Assembly (NCBI GenBank): GCA_965603825.1
Contig: CBFDEM010000004.1
Coordinates: 806,001 to 870,000, forward strand
Direction: 5' to 3'
Length of the DNA stretch: 64,000 bases
Source of the DNA: Blepharisma stoltei ATCC 30299
Taxonomy: Eukaryota; Protista; Ciliophora
In this document: positions 13,865-25,661 of the stretch, piece by piece
How the letters are laid out: each line of letters begins with the position of its first letter
Numbering within the stretch: the stretch's first letter is position 1
The notes under the pieces: generated by a model
Seen by the model: only the letters and a program-made list of their open reading frames with translations
Database searches by the model: none
What the model was told of the DNA's origin: nothing
Translations under genes and position numbers: made by a program

Positions 13865-15826
13865 ATGTCAGAGTCATATGATATATCAAGAATAACTCAA
13901 ATATTGCAAATTCCTTCAAGACTTCGTAGTGAAGAAGACATTGCTTATCTGATGTCTCTTACATCGAAAATAGACTTTTTTAAGAAAATAACTGAAGAGC
14001 AAAGATCATCTGAAATTCATAAAGCATGCTGCCAAGTAATGACATATGAGGAGCGTAATCCAGGAGATATAATTGTAAAATTCGGAGAAAACGGCTATAA
14101 TTTTTATATCATCCTTCAAGGGTCAGCATCAGTAAATATTCCTAGAAAGAAAAAGGTCACAATAGATCTCAGCGATGTAGAGGCAGAAAAGTTTAGAAAG
14201 ATTTTATCAACGCTTAATAAAGAGGAAGATGACATATCTGAAATAAGGCTTGATTCAAAATTAAGGAAGAGAAGAGGAGGGGCAATTTTCAATGCGGTTG
14301 ATCTTATATCACTTAATACTGCTATGCAAGTAAAGGAAAATGAAGACAGTGATAATCAGCAGTTAAATGGAATTTTGAAAATAAATGATTTATTTAAAGA
14401 CAAACTTGATGAAGAAAAAGCAATAATTCTGGATTTTTTGTCTAAACAAAATCCAGAGGCAAGAGTTGTAAAATTAGAAACTGAGGAGTTAAACAAAGTT
14501 GCTATCATAAAGGAAGGAGAATCCTTTGGAGAATTGTCTTTAATAAGTGATAAACCTAGAGCTGCTACACTTATTGCAGAAAAAAAAATAATTTTGGGAG
14601 TCATATCAAAGCCAAATTTTCAAAAAATTCTTGGAAAATACGAAGCAAAAAGGCTTAATGAAAAAATCGAATTTCTTCAATCTTTGCCAATATTTTCGAA
14701 CTGAAGTAAACTTGCTTTATATAAATTAGGACTCTATTTTTCAAGAATTTTATACAAGAAACATCAATTCGTATATAAAGAAGGAGAACTAGCCAACAAT
14801 GTGTATTTTGTTAAATCCGGAGAATTTAAGGTAAATCTAAATTAGATTACAAAAATCCACAGTGAGCTGAAAGGAGTTGTTGATACTTCATCAATTGAAG
14901 CTCAAGGAAGCCGAATAAGTAGTAATGGCTCTGTTCTTAGACTTGGGAAAATGAGGAAAATTGGTATCCAAAAACAATTACAATTAGTAATCAAAGGAAA
15001 AAATGAAATGATAGGAATGGAAGAAGCTATGGAAAATTTTGAAAAAAGGATCCATTCTTGCCAATGCTGATCTGATGAAGGTGAATTATTATGCATAAAC
15101 AGAGATGTAATTAATAATTAGAATTTGACCGTTGGAATAACTTATCCTGAAACATGAACCCAAATAAGAGATAAACACAATGCAAATAATGCATTTTTCA
15201 AGCAAAGAGTTTCACAATTAATAAAAATTGAGCGAGCAAAAAGATCATTGGATTTAAGCGCATTTAGTAAAATACCTGTTAAATTCTTGGAAAAACTGGA
15301 AAAAGAAAAAGAAGAAAATGAAAAATTAAAAGAGCTAGCTCCAAGTGTACAGGAAAAGCCTGTAAAGGAAACTAGATCTAGTCTTCCAGATAAAGAAATT
15401 AATCATTCTCCAAGAATAATGCTCCCTGAACTTAAAAGGTTCAGAACTTCTCCAAGTCCAAGCCCCTCTCCAAGCCCAGAAAGAGTAAAAACTGAAGAGT
15501 CACCTGTCTTCAAAGAAGACAGGTCAATAATTTTCTATAATAGAATTATTGATACTGGGCTATCAAATCCTGATAGTCCACAAACTCCTCAAAGCTTTAC
15601 CCCTGGAATTAAAAATAGAAATAAATCAAATCCCCATAAAAAGATAGTTCATAGAAGAGGCGCTCCACCTAATTTCTTGAGAAATTATAAACAAGCTATT
15701 TCTAATAGAAAAGCTGATAATGCAATAATAGAAGAAATTATTATGAAATATAAAGATGATCTAGATCAAAGCTTGAGAAAATGCTCAGCAGATACCAAGA
15801 GAGAAGATAATAGTTATTTTCTTTAA
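13865..15826 (+). CDS. CNBD protein, copy 6 (introns 14831-14845, 15107-15121)
   Basis: Paralog with three in-frame TGA; ends at TAA. Confidence 0.9.
14831..14845 (+). other. 15-nt intron GTAAATCTAAATTAG
   Basis: Matches the intron consensus; conserved position. Confidence 0.9.
15107..15121 (+). other. 15-nt intron GTAATTAATAATTAG
   Basis: Matches the intron consensus; conserved position. Confidence 0.9.
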
Positions 15827-15906
15827 ATTTCTTTTATTTATGAGAAATGTGCTCTCAATATAATAATCATTGTTGAATTATGCAAATTAATTTATAATCT
15901 CCTTAC

Positions 15907-17088
15907 TTAATACTTCAACCCTCTTAGTTTTCTATCATCTCTTTGCCTATTTTCTACTTTAATCTTCCATTTTTGTGCAATTTCAGAGTTTCCTTTTAGC
16001 AGCCAAACTAAGTCTTCTCTATATCTCCAGTCACTTGGCAAAGGGTTCACTGGAAATCTGTGGAAAACAGGCCTATGATTATCAATATTCCAATATTCAG
16101 TATCCCCTATCACTAAATTTCTCAGCCAGCTACCATTTATATCACAAATCTTTTCGTCATTTTCTGTAAGGACTCCTCTAAAATCGTCTAATTTGCCTAC
16201 TGCTTTCGAAAAAAATCCTTTTTTCTTTTCAGGCCCAAAAACAATTGTAGCTGCAAGTCCATTTTCTCTATCAGTAAACACCATTTGACCTTCCCAATTA
16301 GCCGTTCTGCTGCCCATAATCATACCTCCTGCTCTAAATCTAGGATAAGTATACGAAACTTTTTGTCCATCATTAAATTCAATATTAACTGTGCCTTGGA
16401 ATCCTCCAATTAGAGAATTTTTCTTGAATTTCCCAGTCAATTCTAAATGTCCAAGAATTTTAAAATGCCTATTTTCCAAATAAAAATTTGTAATAGGTGG
16501 ATGATGCGAAGTATGCTCACAAAATGCTTTCGTCCCATCAGGCCATTCCGCTTGCAAAGTTTCGCCTAAGAGAGGATTAAATGGCTTTTCCTGTGAAGGG
16601 CTTATATAAAGCCCTGCAATGGCCATGGCCATAACTCTTTTGAATTTTTCTAATCGGTCTACTCTGTTTATGCCATCAAAATAAACTGGCATGAAGCTTC
16701 ATCTGTCAAGCATCCTTTCTAAGGTCGACCTTGGCTCAAACAGTCTAATAGGCAAGCTAAGCCCAACAACTCCTTTGCCTTGCAATAAACAAGCAGTTAC
16801 CTGTCCTATAACGTCAATTATGATACCTTTTTGCTTTGCTAGAACTTGTTCATCGACACATTTGAGACCTCCTTCACTCAAAAATTCGTACCCATGCAGC
16901 TGAGATTGTTTGTCGCCTGACCTTTCTCGGTTTAAAACACGTAAAGAAGTGTAGGTAGGAGGAGGAGCTTCTCGATCATACGGGCAGCCAAGTAAAAGAG
17001 AATAGGGTAAATACCCAATCTCTCCTGACCAAATTTCTTGGTGTCTGCCATCACGTGGAGTTGTGCAAGGGTCGTCAATGCTCTCCAT
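15907..17088 (-). CDS. Oxysterol-binding protein-related protein (short ORD-only type, ~393 aa)
   Basis: LPIRLFEPRSTLER, KPFNPLLGET, EHTSHHPP and LPSDWRYRED motifs. Two track ORFs join in frame through TGA at 16699-16701. Confidence 0.93.
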
Positions 17089-17382
17089 TTTAATGTTGAA
17101 TGTCGATTATAAGTAATAAGCGATAAAGAAAAAGCTAATTAAATCGGAAAGATATCTGTTTATTTAAAGCAAAAATGCATGCTTATTTTTCCTTATTGAT
17201 TTACTCTTACTTTTAACTGCCAAGTTTTGCTGGTTACTAAAAGGAATTAAATTATGTCTTTTATGAATAATTATTTGCTAATTGGTGCAATTTAAATTAA
17301 TAGCCCAAAATTATTTCAGAAAATAAATGTTATTTATAATAAAATAATTAAAAGCTATAATAAACATAAATAAAGTCAATAA

Positions 17383-18867
17383 TTACATAGAAAACTTACT
17401 TATATATGTGCAAAAATCTTCTATACTAATGACTTCTGTGTTTAACACCCTAACAATCAGCTCATTCAGCCTCTCAGGGCTAACTTGGCAGTACAAAACC
17501 AAATTTTCAACTGCTAAAAATCCATCTTTATTGTCGTCCATCATGTCAAACACATCATAAATAAACTGCTTCTCATAAATCTTAAAGGTAAACCCCATAA
17601 AATAGTCATGGGCTATAGTTCTATTTTGTTGAACATCAAGCAACTCATGCACAAGTCATCCCCATTCTTGGTTAAATATGCCTCCTGTGTATTTAGCAAG
17701 CATTTCAATCATGATATCTATATAAATATATCCTGTTTGGCCTGAATCTAGCTCTTTTCATATACTTTCAGGATAAAATTCTTCTCAAATTCTATTACTT
17801 TTCAGCAGTGCATTATAAACACATATCTTAAAAATCATCCCCAGCTTAAATTTAGGTAAAAGGGTGCCTGATTCAGCTACTGTGTGAAAGAAATTTGTGA
17901 TGTTTTGGTATAGCTGCAAGCGTTTTTCTTGAAAATAAGAAGGGAAATAAGAGCTTTCTAACAATTCAGCAGCTCCTGGCCTGGTGGTGTCTTTCCTGAG
18001 CATAGTTTTGATAAAGCTTTTTATTTCAAAAGACTGCTGCTTATAGATTGGGTCACTTGCAACTTTTCCTTTATTGACAGCTTTGATTATTTCGACGTAG
18101 CCTTTCCCTTGGAAAGGCTGATGTCCTACTAGCATTGTGTATAAAATTACTCCAGTGGATCAAATATCACACTTTTCATTGTACCTACCAGCAAAAACTT
18201 CAGGGGCCATATACAATGGACTTCCATACCTTTCAGCCAATGTGAAGTTTTTCAATTCTCCTGTGTTGCTAAAACTAATGATTTTTACCTCAGTCTTTTC
18301 TTTGTCTTTAAACATCACATTTTCTATGCACAAAGCTCTGTGACACAGTCTTGCTGCGTGCATATGTTTCAGTCCAAATAAAATCTGGGCAGTAATATTC
18401 AGTGCCTGGCTGTAGTTTAGTCTCTGTTCTTTTGCAAGCAAATCAAAAATTTCTCCTCCTTTGCAAAGTTCAATGACTAAGTGTATGTGCCGTGATTCAA
18501 GAAAGACTTCAAATAATTTAACTAAATTAGGATGGTTTAGCTTTGACATAATGGTAATCTCATTCATTATTGCTGATAAATTAAGCCCTGCTTGTGATCT
18601 AAAACCTACGTCATTTCCACTAGCAGAAACAAAAGCATCATCTGCTAATGTGTATGACTTGACTGCTCTTCTTATGTTATAAATTTTGTGGGTGCAGATT
18701 CGAACTTGCGCGTAAAGAGAGCGTTTATTACCATCAATACGGTGGCCTATATGATAAAATTGTTTGATTTTTGTCCCTTCATCATGAATTAGTAGTGCTG
18801 AGTTGGATACAGAATATTTTAGGTTACTATATTGATGGGATATCACTGATTGAGCGGCAGGGTTCAT
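17383..18867 (-). CDS. CDPK-like kinase-fold plus EF-hand protein, probable pseudokinase (~494 aa)
   Basis: RAVK, HPNLVKLFEV, YMAPE and D-I-W(TGA)-S-T-G motifs; C-terminal EF loop DDNKDGFL. Continuous frame through four TGA. HRD and DFG are altered. Confidence 0.85.
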
Positions 18868-19226
18868 TGCACTTGCAAAAAATTATCATAAAAATGAAAT
18901 AATAGAAATTGTTTTCAAAGCTATTTAGCTATGAAGAAGGAGACTTAATTAGTCATCCTAATATTTGATATTAAGATTTGAGGATTTTAAATATTAATTT
19001 ATTATTCCATATTTAAATAAATTTTTATGAATTAATTCTTTTTTGGATCTGACTGGGATTTTTCTAGCAGTTTATTGATAAAAATTATAATTTTTTTATT
19101 CTGAATTCACTGCGGAATATTATTAAAATCAATAAAAATAGAATTTAATAACTATTTTCGATTTTTTATGTAATCAAAAATTTTAAATAATTAAATTTGA
19201 TGTATTAACTTAAGGTATATGGATAA

Positions 19227-19736
19227 TTAGAAAACATTTGGCTGATAATTCACAATGTTTTCTTGTATCATTTCTCTATCTCTTCTATCTTCAGTCACTT
19301 TCTTTTGAAGATTATCAGTATGCTTTGCCATAGCCGCTAAGCGGTTTTCGTTTTGCATTTGAATCAGTTTTGCTCTTCTCTGTGCTTCCCTCTGCCTTTC
19401 AAGGTCTTCCATCATTCTTCTATGCTCTTCGACCCTTGCGTTAGTTCTTTCTTCTTTTTCTCTTTGTTCTTTTGCCTGCTGTTCTCTCATAATTAACTGG
19501 AGCTGGGCGTCTTGGCTTATTCTTTGTTTATAGGCAGCTTTTTCTTCTGTGCTTCCGAATAAAGCAACACGGCGACTCTCAGCGATTTGGTGCCTTTTAG
19601 CTTTGGCTTGCTCTAGCCTTGCCTGTTCTGCTTGGTATTCGGAGTCAAGAGAAGTCTCGTTTCTTCCATTGTAAGGTTTAGTCTTTCTAAACATAACGTT
19701 ATTCCTAGAATCCTCCATACTAAAATTTATGGCCAA
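19227..19736 (-). CDS. Hypothetical charged coiled-coil protein (169 aa)
   Basis: Intact ATG-TAA ORF, E/R/Q-rich and helical, GC-richer than its flanks. Confidence 0.8.
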   Translation of the reverse strand: MAINFSMEDSRNNVMFRKTKPYNGRNETSLDSEYQAEQARLEQAKAKRHQIAESRRVALFGSTEEKAAYKQRISQDAQLQLIMREQQAKEQREKEERTNARVEEHRRMMEDLERQREAQRRAKLIQMQNENRLAAMAKHTDNLQKKVTEDRRDREMIQENIVNYQPNVF

Positions 19737-20062
19737 ATTTTAAATTTCTATTATGAGATCAAAAATTTTGACTTATCAGTATTCGTTAAAAGAAGGGGAT
19801 TGATGGAAAGATTAGAAAAGTTCAAGAATTTTTGGAAATTGGATTATATTAAAATTTTAAAGAAAATGAGCAGGATGAAGCTAAAATCTTTTGAAAATTC
19901 TTAGATAAATACCTAAACCAAATAAAATTTGCATTTACCACATAAAAATCATTTAAATTTTTTATTTTTTTATTTATCCACACAACAGTCACAGAATCCA
20001 AACTTTTGCATTTACCCTATATAGCTATTCCAATATACGGACATTTTTAATAGTCGCCATTG

Positions 20063-20869
20063 ATGAGCCAACAACGCAAGCAGCAAAGGGAAGAGGACAT
20101 TCAACTTTTGTTAGCCGTAAAAGCACATCTCGGCACAAATAATGTCAGCGAATTTATGAAACCTTATGTTTTCACAAAACGTGCAGATGGACTTAACCTC
20201 ATCCATTTAGGAAAAACATGGGAAAAACTAATGCTTGCCGCAAGAGCTATTGTCGCCGTCGAAAACCCTCAAGACGTCATCGTAATCAGTGCTAGGCCAT
20301 ATGGTCAGCGAGCAGTCTACAAGTTTTCTCAATACACAGAAACCTCATATCTCGCCGGCCGCTGGACTCCTGGAACTTTTACAAACCAAAGAATTCCAAA
20401 ATTCATGGAGCCTCGCCTTATTATCGTAACAGACCCTCTCACCGATTACCAAGCCCTTCAAGAAGCTTCCTACGTAAACGTCCCGACCATTGCTTTTTGT
20501 GACACAGACTCCCCTATGAAATTCGTCGACATTGCAATTCCTTGCAATAATAAAGCCAAAAATTCCATCGCCATGATGTATTGGCTACTTGCCAGAGAAG
20601 TTTTGTACCTCAGAGGAGCTTTAAGTAGGTCTCAACAATGGGACGTCATGGTCGATTTATTCATATGGAGAGATATCGAGGCTGAAGAAAAGGCTGCCAA
20701 AGAGCAAGGACAGGTTACAAGAGAAGCTAGAGTTCATAAACAAAAAGAAGAATGGGACCAAGGAGCTGGAGAAGCAGCAGAAGAGCAAGAAGCAGGAGCA
20801 TGGGATGAAGGAAACTGGGGAAACCAAGGTGAAGGAGAAGAAGCAAACCCACCTACATCTTGGGATTAA
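20063..20869 (+). CDS. RPSA: 40S ribosomal protein SA (uS2)
   Basis: [24 protein letters not shown] and IAIPCNNK motifs; acidic Trp-containing tail. Confidence 0.98.
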   Translation: MSQQRKQQREEDIQLLLAVKAHLGTNNVSEFMKPYVFTKRADGLNLIHLGKTWEKLMLAARAIVAVENPQDVIVISARPYGQRAVYKFSQYTETSYLAGRWTPGTFTNQRIPKFMEPRLIIVTDPLTDYQALQEASYVNVPTIAFCDTDSPMKFVDIAIPCNNKAKNSIAMMYWLLAREVLYLRGALSRSQQWDVMVDLFIWRDIEAEEKAAKEQGQVTREARVHKQKEEWDQGAGEAAEEQEAGAWDEGNWGNQGEGEEANPPTSWD

Positions 20870-20901
20870 TAAATAATCCTTATTGATTAATATTGGTTAC
20901 C

Positions 20902-21834
20902 TTATTTTCGGAGCTCTTCTTTGGTTTTCTGCTGTAGGTAGTATTTTTTTGCAGCATCTTTGTAGAGGTCCCAGGTGATGAACATGACTACGCACCAAGG
21001 CCCAAGTCTCATCCAGAGGAACATGAAGCCGTTGTAAAGAGCGCTGAAACCTTCATTTTTGATGATTTTCTTGAAGCAGTCTAAAGGACTTGTGTATCTC
21101 ACTTCACTCCCTTTAGGCACATTAGGATCTTCTTTGGTCGCATTCATATATCTTGTTTTGACGACGTCTATTGGTGAGCTTGCTACAGCTGCTATAAACC
21201 CTGCCATGACTGAAGCCCAAAACCTAGTCCATAATGAATCTTCTCTCATAGAGAAGTTTTTCATTAGCAAAGCTTTAGAATTGTCATAAGTTCCGAGCTC
21301 AGCGGCATTCACTACAACTGATCTGTAGATATTTGGAGAGCTTCCTTTATAAAATCCATGGACAAATCCATCTTTTGACCATGTCTTTTTTAAACAGTCA
21401 ATCAGGCCAGAATATTTTTCTTTTTTTGCGTCGTTTATGACTCTGACTTTGCAGACGTCTAATGGAGTGACTAAAAAGGATGCGAAACCACCACAGCCAG
21501 CGCCAAATACAAATCTTTGCCAAAATCCGCCTGAAGCAAGGTCATCTCCCATCAAAAATTTAACTTTGTCGTAAAGTGAAATCCTGATTCCTGAAAAAGT
21601 GAATTGTCTGACTAAGGCAGGGATCATTCCTCTATAGAAAGCTCCAATGCCTCCAGTCTGATAGGTATGAGTGATTATATGGAAAATTCCTCTGTATTTC
21701 ATTGCGCCTTGAGTCCCTCCTAATTGCATTCTAGTTTTGAGCATATCCATAGGGAATGTTACTAGCTCAGCTGTAGTAGAAGAGATGCTACCACCCAAGA
21801 AAGAGATTATGAATGGAAGTTCTTGTTGGCTCAT
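20902..21834 (-). CDS. Mitochondrial carrier (SLC25; UCP/dicarboxylate/oxoglutarate carrier-like)
   Basis: Three PxDxxKxR motifs; RSVVVNAAELGTYD; RLGPW. Confidence 0.93.
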   Translation of the reverse strand: MSQQELPFIISFLGGSISSTTAELVTFPMDMLKTRMQLGGTQGAMKYRGIFHIITHTYQTGGIGAFYRGMIPALVRQFTFSGIRISLYDKVKFLMGDDLASGGFWQRFVFGAGCGGFASFLVTPLDVCKVRVINDAKKEKYSGLIDCLKKTWSKDGFVHGFYKGSSPNIYRSVVVNAAELGTYDNSKALLMKNFSMREDSLWTRFWASVMAGFIAAVASSPIDVVKTRYMNATKEDPNVPKGSEVRYTSPLDCFKKIIKNEGFSALYNGFMFLWMRLGPWCVVMFITWDLYKDAAKKYYLQQKTKEELRK

Positions 21835-22711
21835 ATTTAATTATAACAAATCATAAAATCAGTAACATCTGAAAATGGATAGCTATGATGAAAATTCAGC
21901 ATGGCAGGTCAGAATTTAAGGAAACTTGAAAATACCAAGCCTAAGTTGTGGAAAAATATTATTATTAAGATATTGTAAAAATTATATGAGGAGCTTTAAG
22001 AATTTTCAATATTATTGATTTTTGAAAAAGGTCACAAATGACAATAATTTAAGGTGAAGCATAAATTAAAAAAGTTATATAAAATTTATTGCAATATAAT
22101 TGCTTCAAGACTTTGGATTTAAGACTTAAAGACGATTAAAAATATTTAATTCTAATTATGAATTAATAAAGTTAATAAATGGATTATAAAATACATCCAA
22201 ATTATTGATACTTAATGCCATTTAATAAACAAAAATTTGTGCGGCGCTCTAAAAAAATTAAATTTTTAGGATAAGTTCAAAATACCCAATAATATAAATG
22301 AGTTTATTCTAATTATTTGCTGAAATTAGTATAAATTAAAATTTGATACATAAAGCTTTAAACTATTGACTGAAAATATTAAAAGGGATTTTCCTATCTA
22401 AAGTGATTTACAATTAAAACAAAATTAGAATTAAAATATGGCAAAAAATTCAAGATGATGCAAAGTGGTAGACTTATAACCAAAATATTATAAAATATTA
22501 ATAAACATCACACAAAAAACTAATCTCTGCATCCTTTCCATAATTAGACCTTACTAAATTCCCAAACTAATAAATTATCCTTTATCTTATCCTATATGAT
22601 ATTTTTGCATTTAACTAACTCCAAACTCTCTATAGCTTTAATTAAAGATAGTAAGCTATATTACCGAAAATAAAAAAACTGATTCTGAGAAGTAGGTTAC
22701 AATAATAAAAA

Positions 22712-25222
22712 ATGAACGACATGCTAGAACAGGCTTTTCAAGTTCAAGCCGGGAACGTTGCACTTGCCTCAGGAGGGATTGACAGTGCTGATAATTATAA
22801 AAAACGGCAAACTGTAAGTGACAGTGTGACCTATGCAAATTTAGAGGTGGCCAAAGACCATCGTAACAAAACAAGCCTCAGACAGTTTAAAGATGATCGC
22901 TACTATAAATACCCGATCATTGGGACTAATCTATCCACTTTAGGTGAATATGGAGTTGGTCTGGAGCTTTATTTTCAGTTTATCAAACAATTCGCAATTA
23001 TTTTTTTCATTATTTCTGGCATATCGATATGGCCGATCTATGAAAACTACCAAGGCAATTATTTAGCTGACACAGCACAAAAAGCATCATACACTTTTAT
23101 TTCCCTTGCAAATCAAGAAGGTCCTGAATTTAATTACACGTTATATTCAGAAGCAGACTCAATGCTAGATACTGTTAAAGATAATCAAATGAACATCACT
23201 ATCGCTGACTTGATCTATACGTGCTTTTTCATCATTTTTTTGGTTTATTTGGAGATTTATGTTAAAAGAATCATAAAGAAGCGACGACTTATGACGGTAA
23301 CTCCTGGATCTTTTGCAGTTGAAGCTAAAGGTTTTCCAAAAGAACCATTGTCAGCCCAAGAAGTTAAGGATCATTTCAGTCAATTTGGAGAAGTTGCGGA
23401 AGTTGCTTTTGCCAAAGATTTTTCAGGAAGATTGTTTTTTTATAGTAAACGAGCACAAATCAGTATAAAAATTGGTCATGAAAAGCTAAAAAACAAAAAC
23501 ACTTTGCAGCTTAGAAACCTGCAAAGACAAATGTCAATTTTTGACAGGAAGCTATATAAAGCTGATAATGGGAATGTTAAAACCTTTAATGAGCTTCCAG
23601 TCATAAGAGCATTTATTATATTTAATAAAGTCGAAGACAAAAAAAACTGCCTTAAAGAGTATAAAAATTCTTATATAGAATGTTGCTGCTGCCGAAAAAT
23701 GAAAAAACATTTAATGTTCCGAGGAAAGCACGAGCTTAAGGTGAAACAAGCCCCAGAACCTTCAAATATTTTATGGGAAAACATTGAATACCCTCGTTGG
23801 AAGCGAAACGCTCGCAGAATCTTTGCGATTGCTCCCACTTTAGCCCTAATGATTTTGTCAATAGCTTTAATTTATGCAATAAAATACTTGCAAAACGAAA
23901 TTCCAAACGAAAACCATTGCTCAGAACTAGACGTCAAAGATGAATCATTATCAGCAGCTAAACAAGACTACACAACGAATGATCAAATATACTGCTATTG
24001 CAAGCAGCAAAATTGGTACAAGCTTTTTAGCGATAGTGATCTTAATTCATATTGCACCGATTATATAGAAAAAGTATCCCTTACGAGCTCTGTCCGATTT
24101 CTTTCCAGCATAGGTATCGTTTTTATAAATACCATTCTGAGGATTATGCTAACCAAACTGACCAAATTTGAAAGAATTTCGACAGTCAGTGGGATGAGGA
24201 TGTCAATGATGTCAAAAGTTTTCATTGCAATGTTTATTAACACTGCCCTTATAACGCTACTTGTTAACGCCAATTTTCAATCTTTGTGGTTTGTACAGAG
24301 ACTGGCATTTAAAGAGTATCTTTTTAATGGAGACTATAAAGACTTTTCAAGAGAGTGGTATGAAGACGTAGGTGCTACCATTATAGCGACTTTATTAGTG
24401 AGCATTGCCCTTCCTCATTTTATCAACTTATTGATATTTTACCCAATTGGGGTTATTAAGCGACATTGCTGCCATAAAAAATATATCACACAATACCAGA
24501 TGAACGCTGCTTTTACAGGGCCTGAATTTGATATTTCTTCAAGAACCTCAGTAATCCTTACTGTAATTTTTAGTTGTTACCTTTATTCTGGAGGAATTCC
24601 TTTACTAAACATTGTATGTTTTGTCACCTTGGTCGTCATCTATTGGACTGATAAGTTCCTAGTTTTAAGGCACTACCGTAAACCTCCAGTATATTCCGAG
24701 CTGATGTACAAGCGAGTTGGCTATTTTTTACCATTCGGAATAATGCTGCATTGTGGGTTTTCTTTATATATGTATGGGAGCCAAGATATTTTCCCCAGAG
24801 AATATGTTCCATACACAGACTCAGACACTGGAGAAACTTATATTGAAGATGTCAGAACTGAGACTATAGGAGACAGAATTTGGGTATTTCCAGGGAGGGT
24901 CAATATTATATTATGTGGGATTTCGTTTTTAATTTTTGTCTGGCAGTTCTTTTTGAAGGACTTCTTGAAAAGTAAGCATAAGAACCAGGTTTTGACAGAA
25001 AGGGCTGAGAGAACTTATATGGAGGAGCTGAAGAATTTGAGGGCAATAGGCATACATAGCTATAATATAATGGAAAATCCAAGCTACGCGCCACTTGTGA
25101 TATCGATGAATTCGACTGCTGAGCAGACTAAAAAAATGGGAGCTTCAGCTATTAATAACACTGTTGAAATAGCTTCTAAAGACGCTAAAGAAATTATTTC
25201 TGATGGGCAAGGGACAAACTAA
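22712..25222 (+). CDS. OSCA/TMEM63 (CSC1)-like channel protein (836 aa)
   Basis: GLELYFQF, RRM-like cytosolic region (HFSQFGEV..AFIIF), APEPSNILWEN, YWTDKF..LR.YRKPP; multiple TM helices. Confidence 0.82.
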   Translation: MNDMLEQAFQVQAGNVALASGGIDSADNYKKRQTVSDSVTYANLEVAKDHRNKTSLRQFKDDRYYKYPIIGTNLSTLGEYGVGLELYFQFIKQFAIIFFIISGISIWPIYENYQGNYLADTAQKASYTFISLANQEGPEFNYTLYSEADSMLDTVKDNQMNITIADLIYTCFFIIFLVYLEIYVKRIIKKRRLMTVTPGSFAVEAKGFPKEPLSAQEVKDHFSQFGEVAEVAFAKDFSGRLFFYSKRAQISIKIGHEKLKNKNTLQLRNLQRQMSIFDRKLYKADNGNVKTFNELPVIRAFIIFNKVEDKKNCLKEYKNSYIECCCCRKMKKHLMFRGKHELKVKQAPEPSNILWENIEYPRWKRNARRIFAIAPTLALMILSIALIYAIKYLQNEIPNENHCSELDVKDESLSAAKQDYTTNDQIYCYCKQQNWYKLFSDSDLNSYCTDYIEKVSLTSSVRFLSSIGIVFINTILRIMLTKLTKFERISTVSGMRMSMMSKVFIAMFINTALITLLVNANFQSLWFVQRLAFKEYLFNGDYKDFSREWYEDVGATIIATLLVSIALPHFINLLIFYPIGVIKRHCCHKKYITQYQMNAAFTGPEFDISSRTSVILTVIFSCYLYSGGIPLLNIVCFVTLVVIYWTDKFLVLRHYRKPPVYSELMYKRVGYFLPFGIMLHCGFSLYMYGSQDIFPREYVPYTDSDTGETYIEDVRTETIGDRIWVFPGRVNIILCGISFLIFVWQFFLKDFLKSKHKNQVLTERAERTYMEELKNLRAIGIHSYNIMENPSYAPLVISMNSTAEQTKKMGASAINNTVEIASKDAKEIISDGQGTN

Positions 25223-25661
25223 ATAATAATTACCTATAATTTATATATATAGAAAAATATTTTTTATTTGGAGAATTTTGCCTACTGAATCATTATAGGA
25301 TTAAGATGAAAAAATAAGATCATCGATATTGTTTAATTTCACTTGTAAATAAAAAATATAATAACTTGTCGATAAATATGATTTAATTACAAACATTTTT
25401 TCATTAATCAAGCTTGAACATCAATTCTGACTAATTTTCTTTTTCCATGCATTTAATAAAATTAGTTTATAATTTTAAAACATTTTATTCAAAATTTTAA
25501 GCCAGAAAAATGTCAACAAAAATTTGTTAACAAATATATCATTTTTTACTGTTTATGACCCAAAGAAAAATCCCAAAAATTTTCTTATAAATAATCATCT
25601 CATGTTTGTTGATTTAATTTCATTTCAGCTATTAAATATACCTAAAGAATCAGTGGCAAAA

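Larger units (their letters stand above)
380..15826 (+). repeat. Tandem array of six paralogous CNBD genes (unit about 2.5-2.8 kb)
   Basis: Six head-to-tail copies start at 580, 3423, 6100, 8619, 11207 and 13865. Each has the same 279-codon segment to the first TGA, the same two intron positions and a similar ~200-bp upstream region. Confidence 0.97.

Noticed and set aside
580-15826. Array copies as pseudogenes or split genes because of internal stops
   Set aside because: Every interruption is either TGA (Trp) or a TAG ending a consensus 15-nt intron, mostly at positions shared between copies; there are no frameshifts.
17443-17455. TAACACCCTAACA, resembling the heterotrich telomere repeat CCCTAACA
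   Set aside because: Fewer than two units and inside a coding region; compatible with chance.
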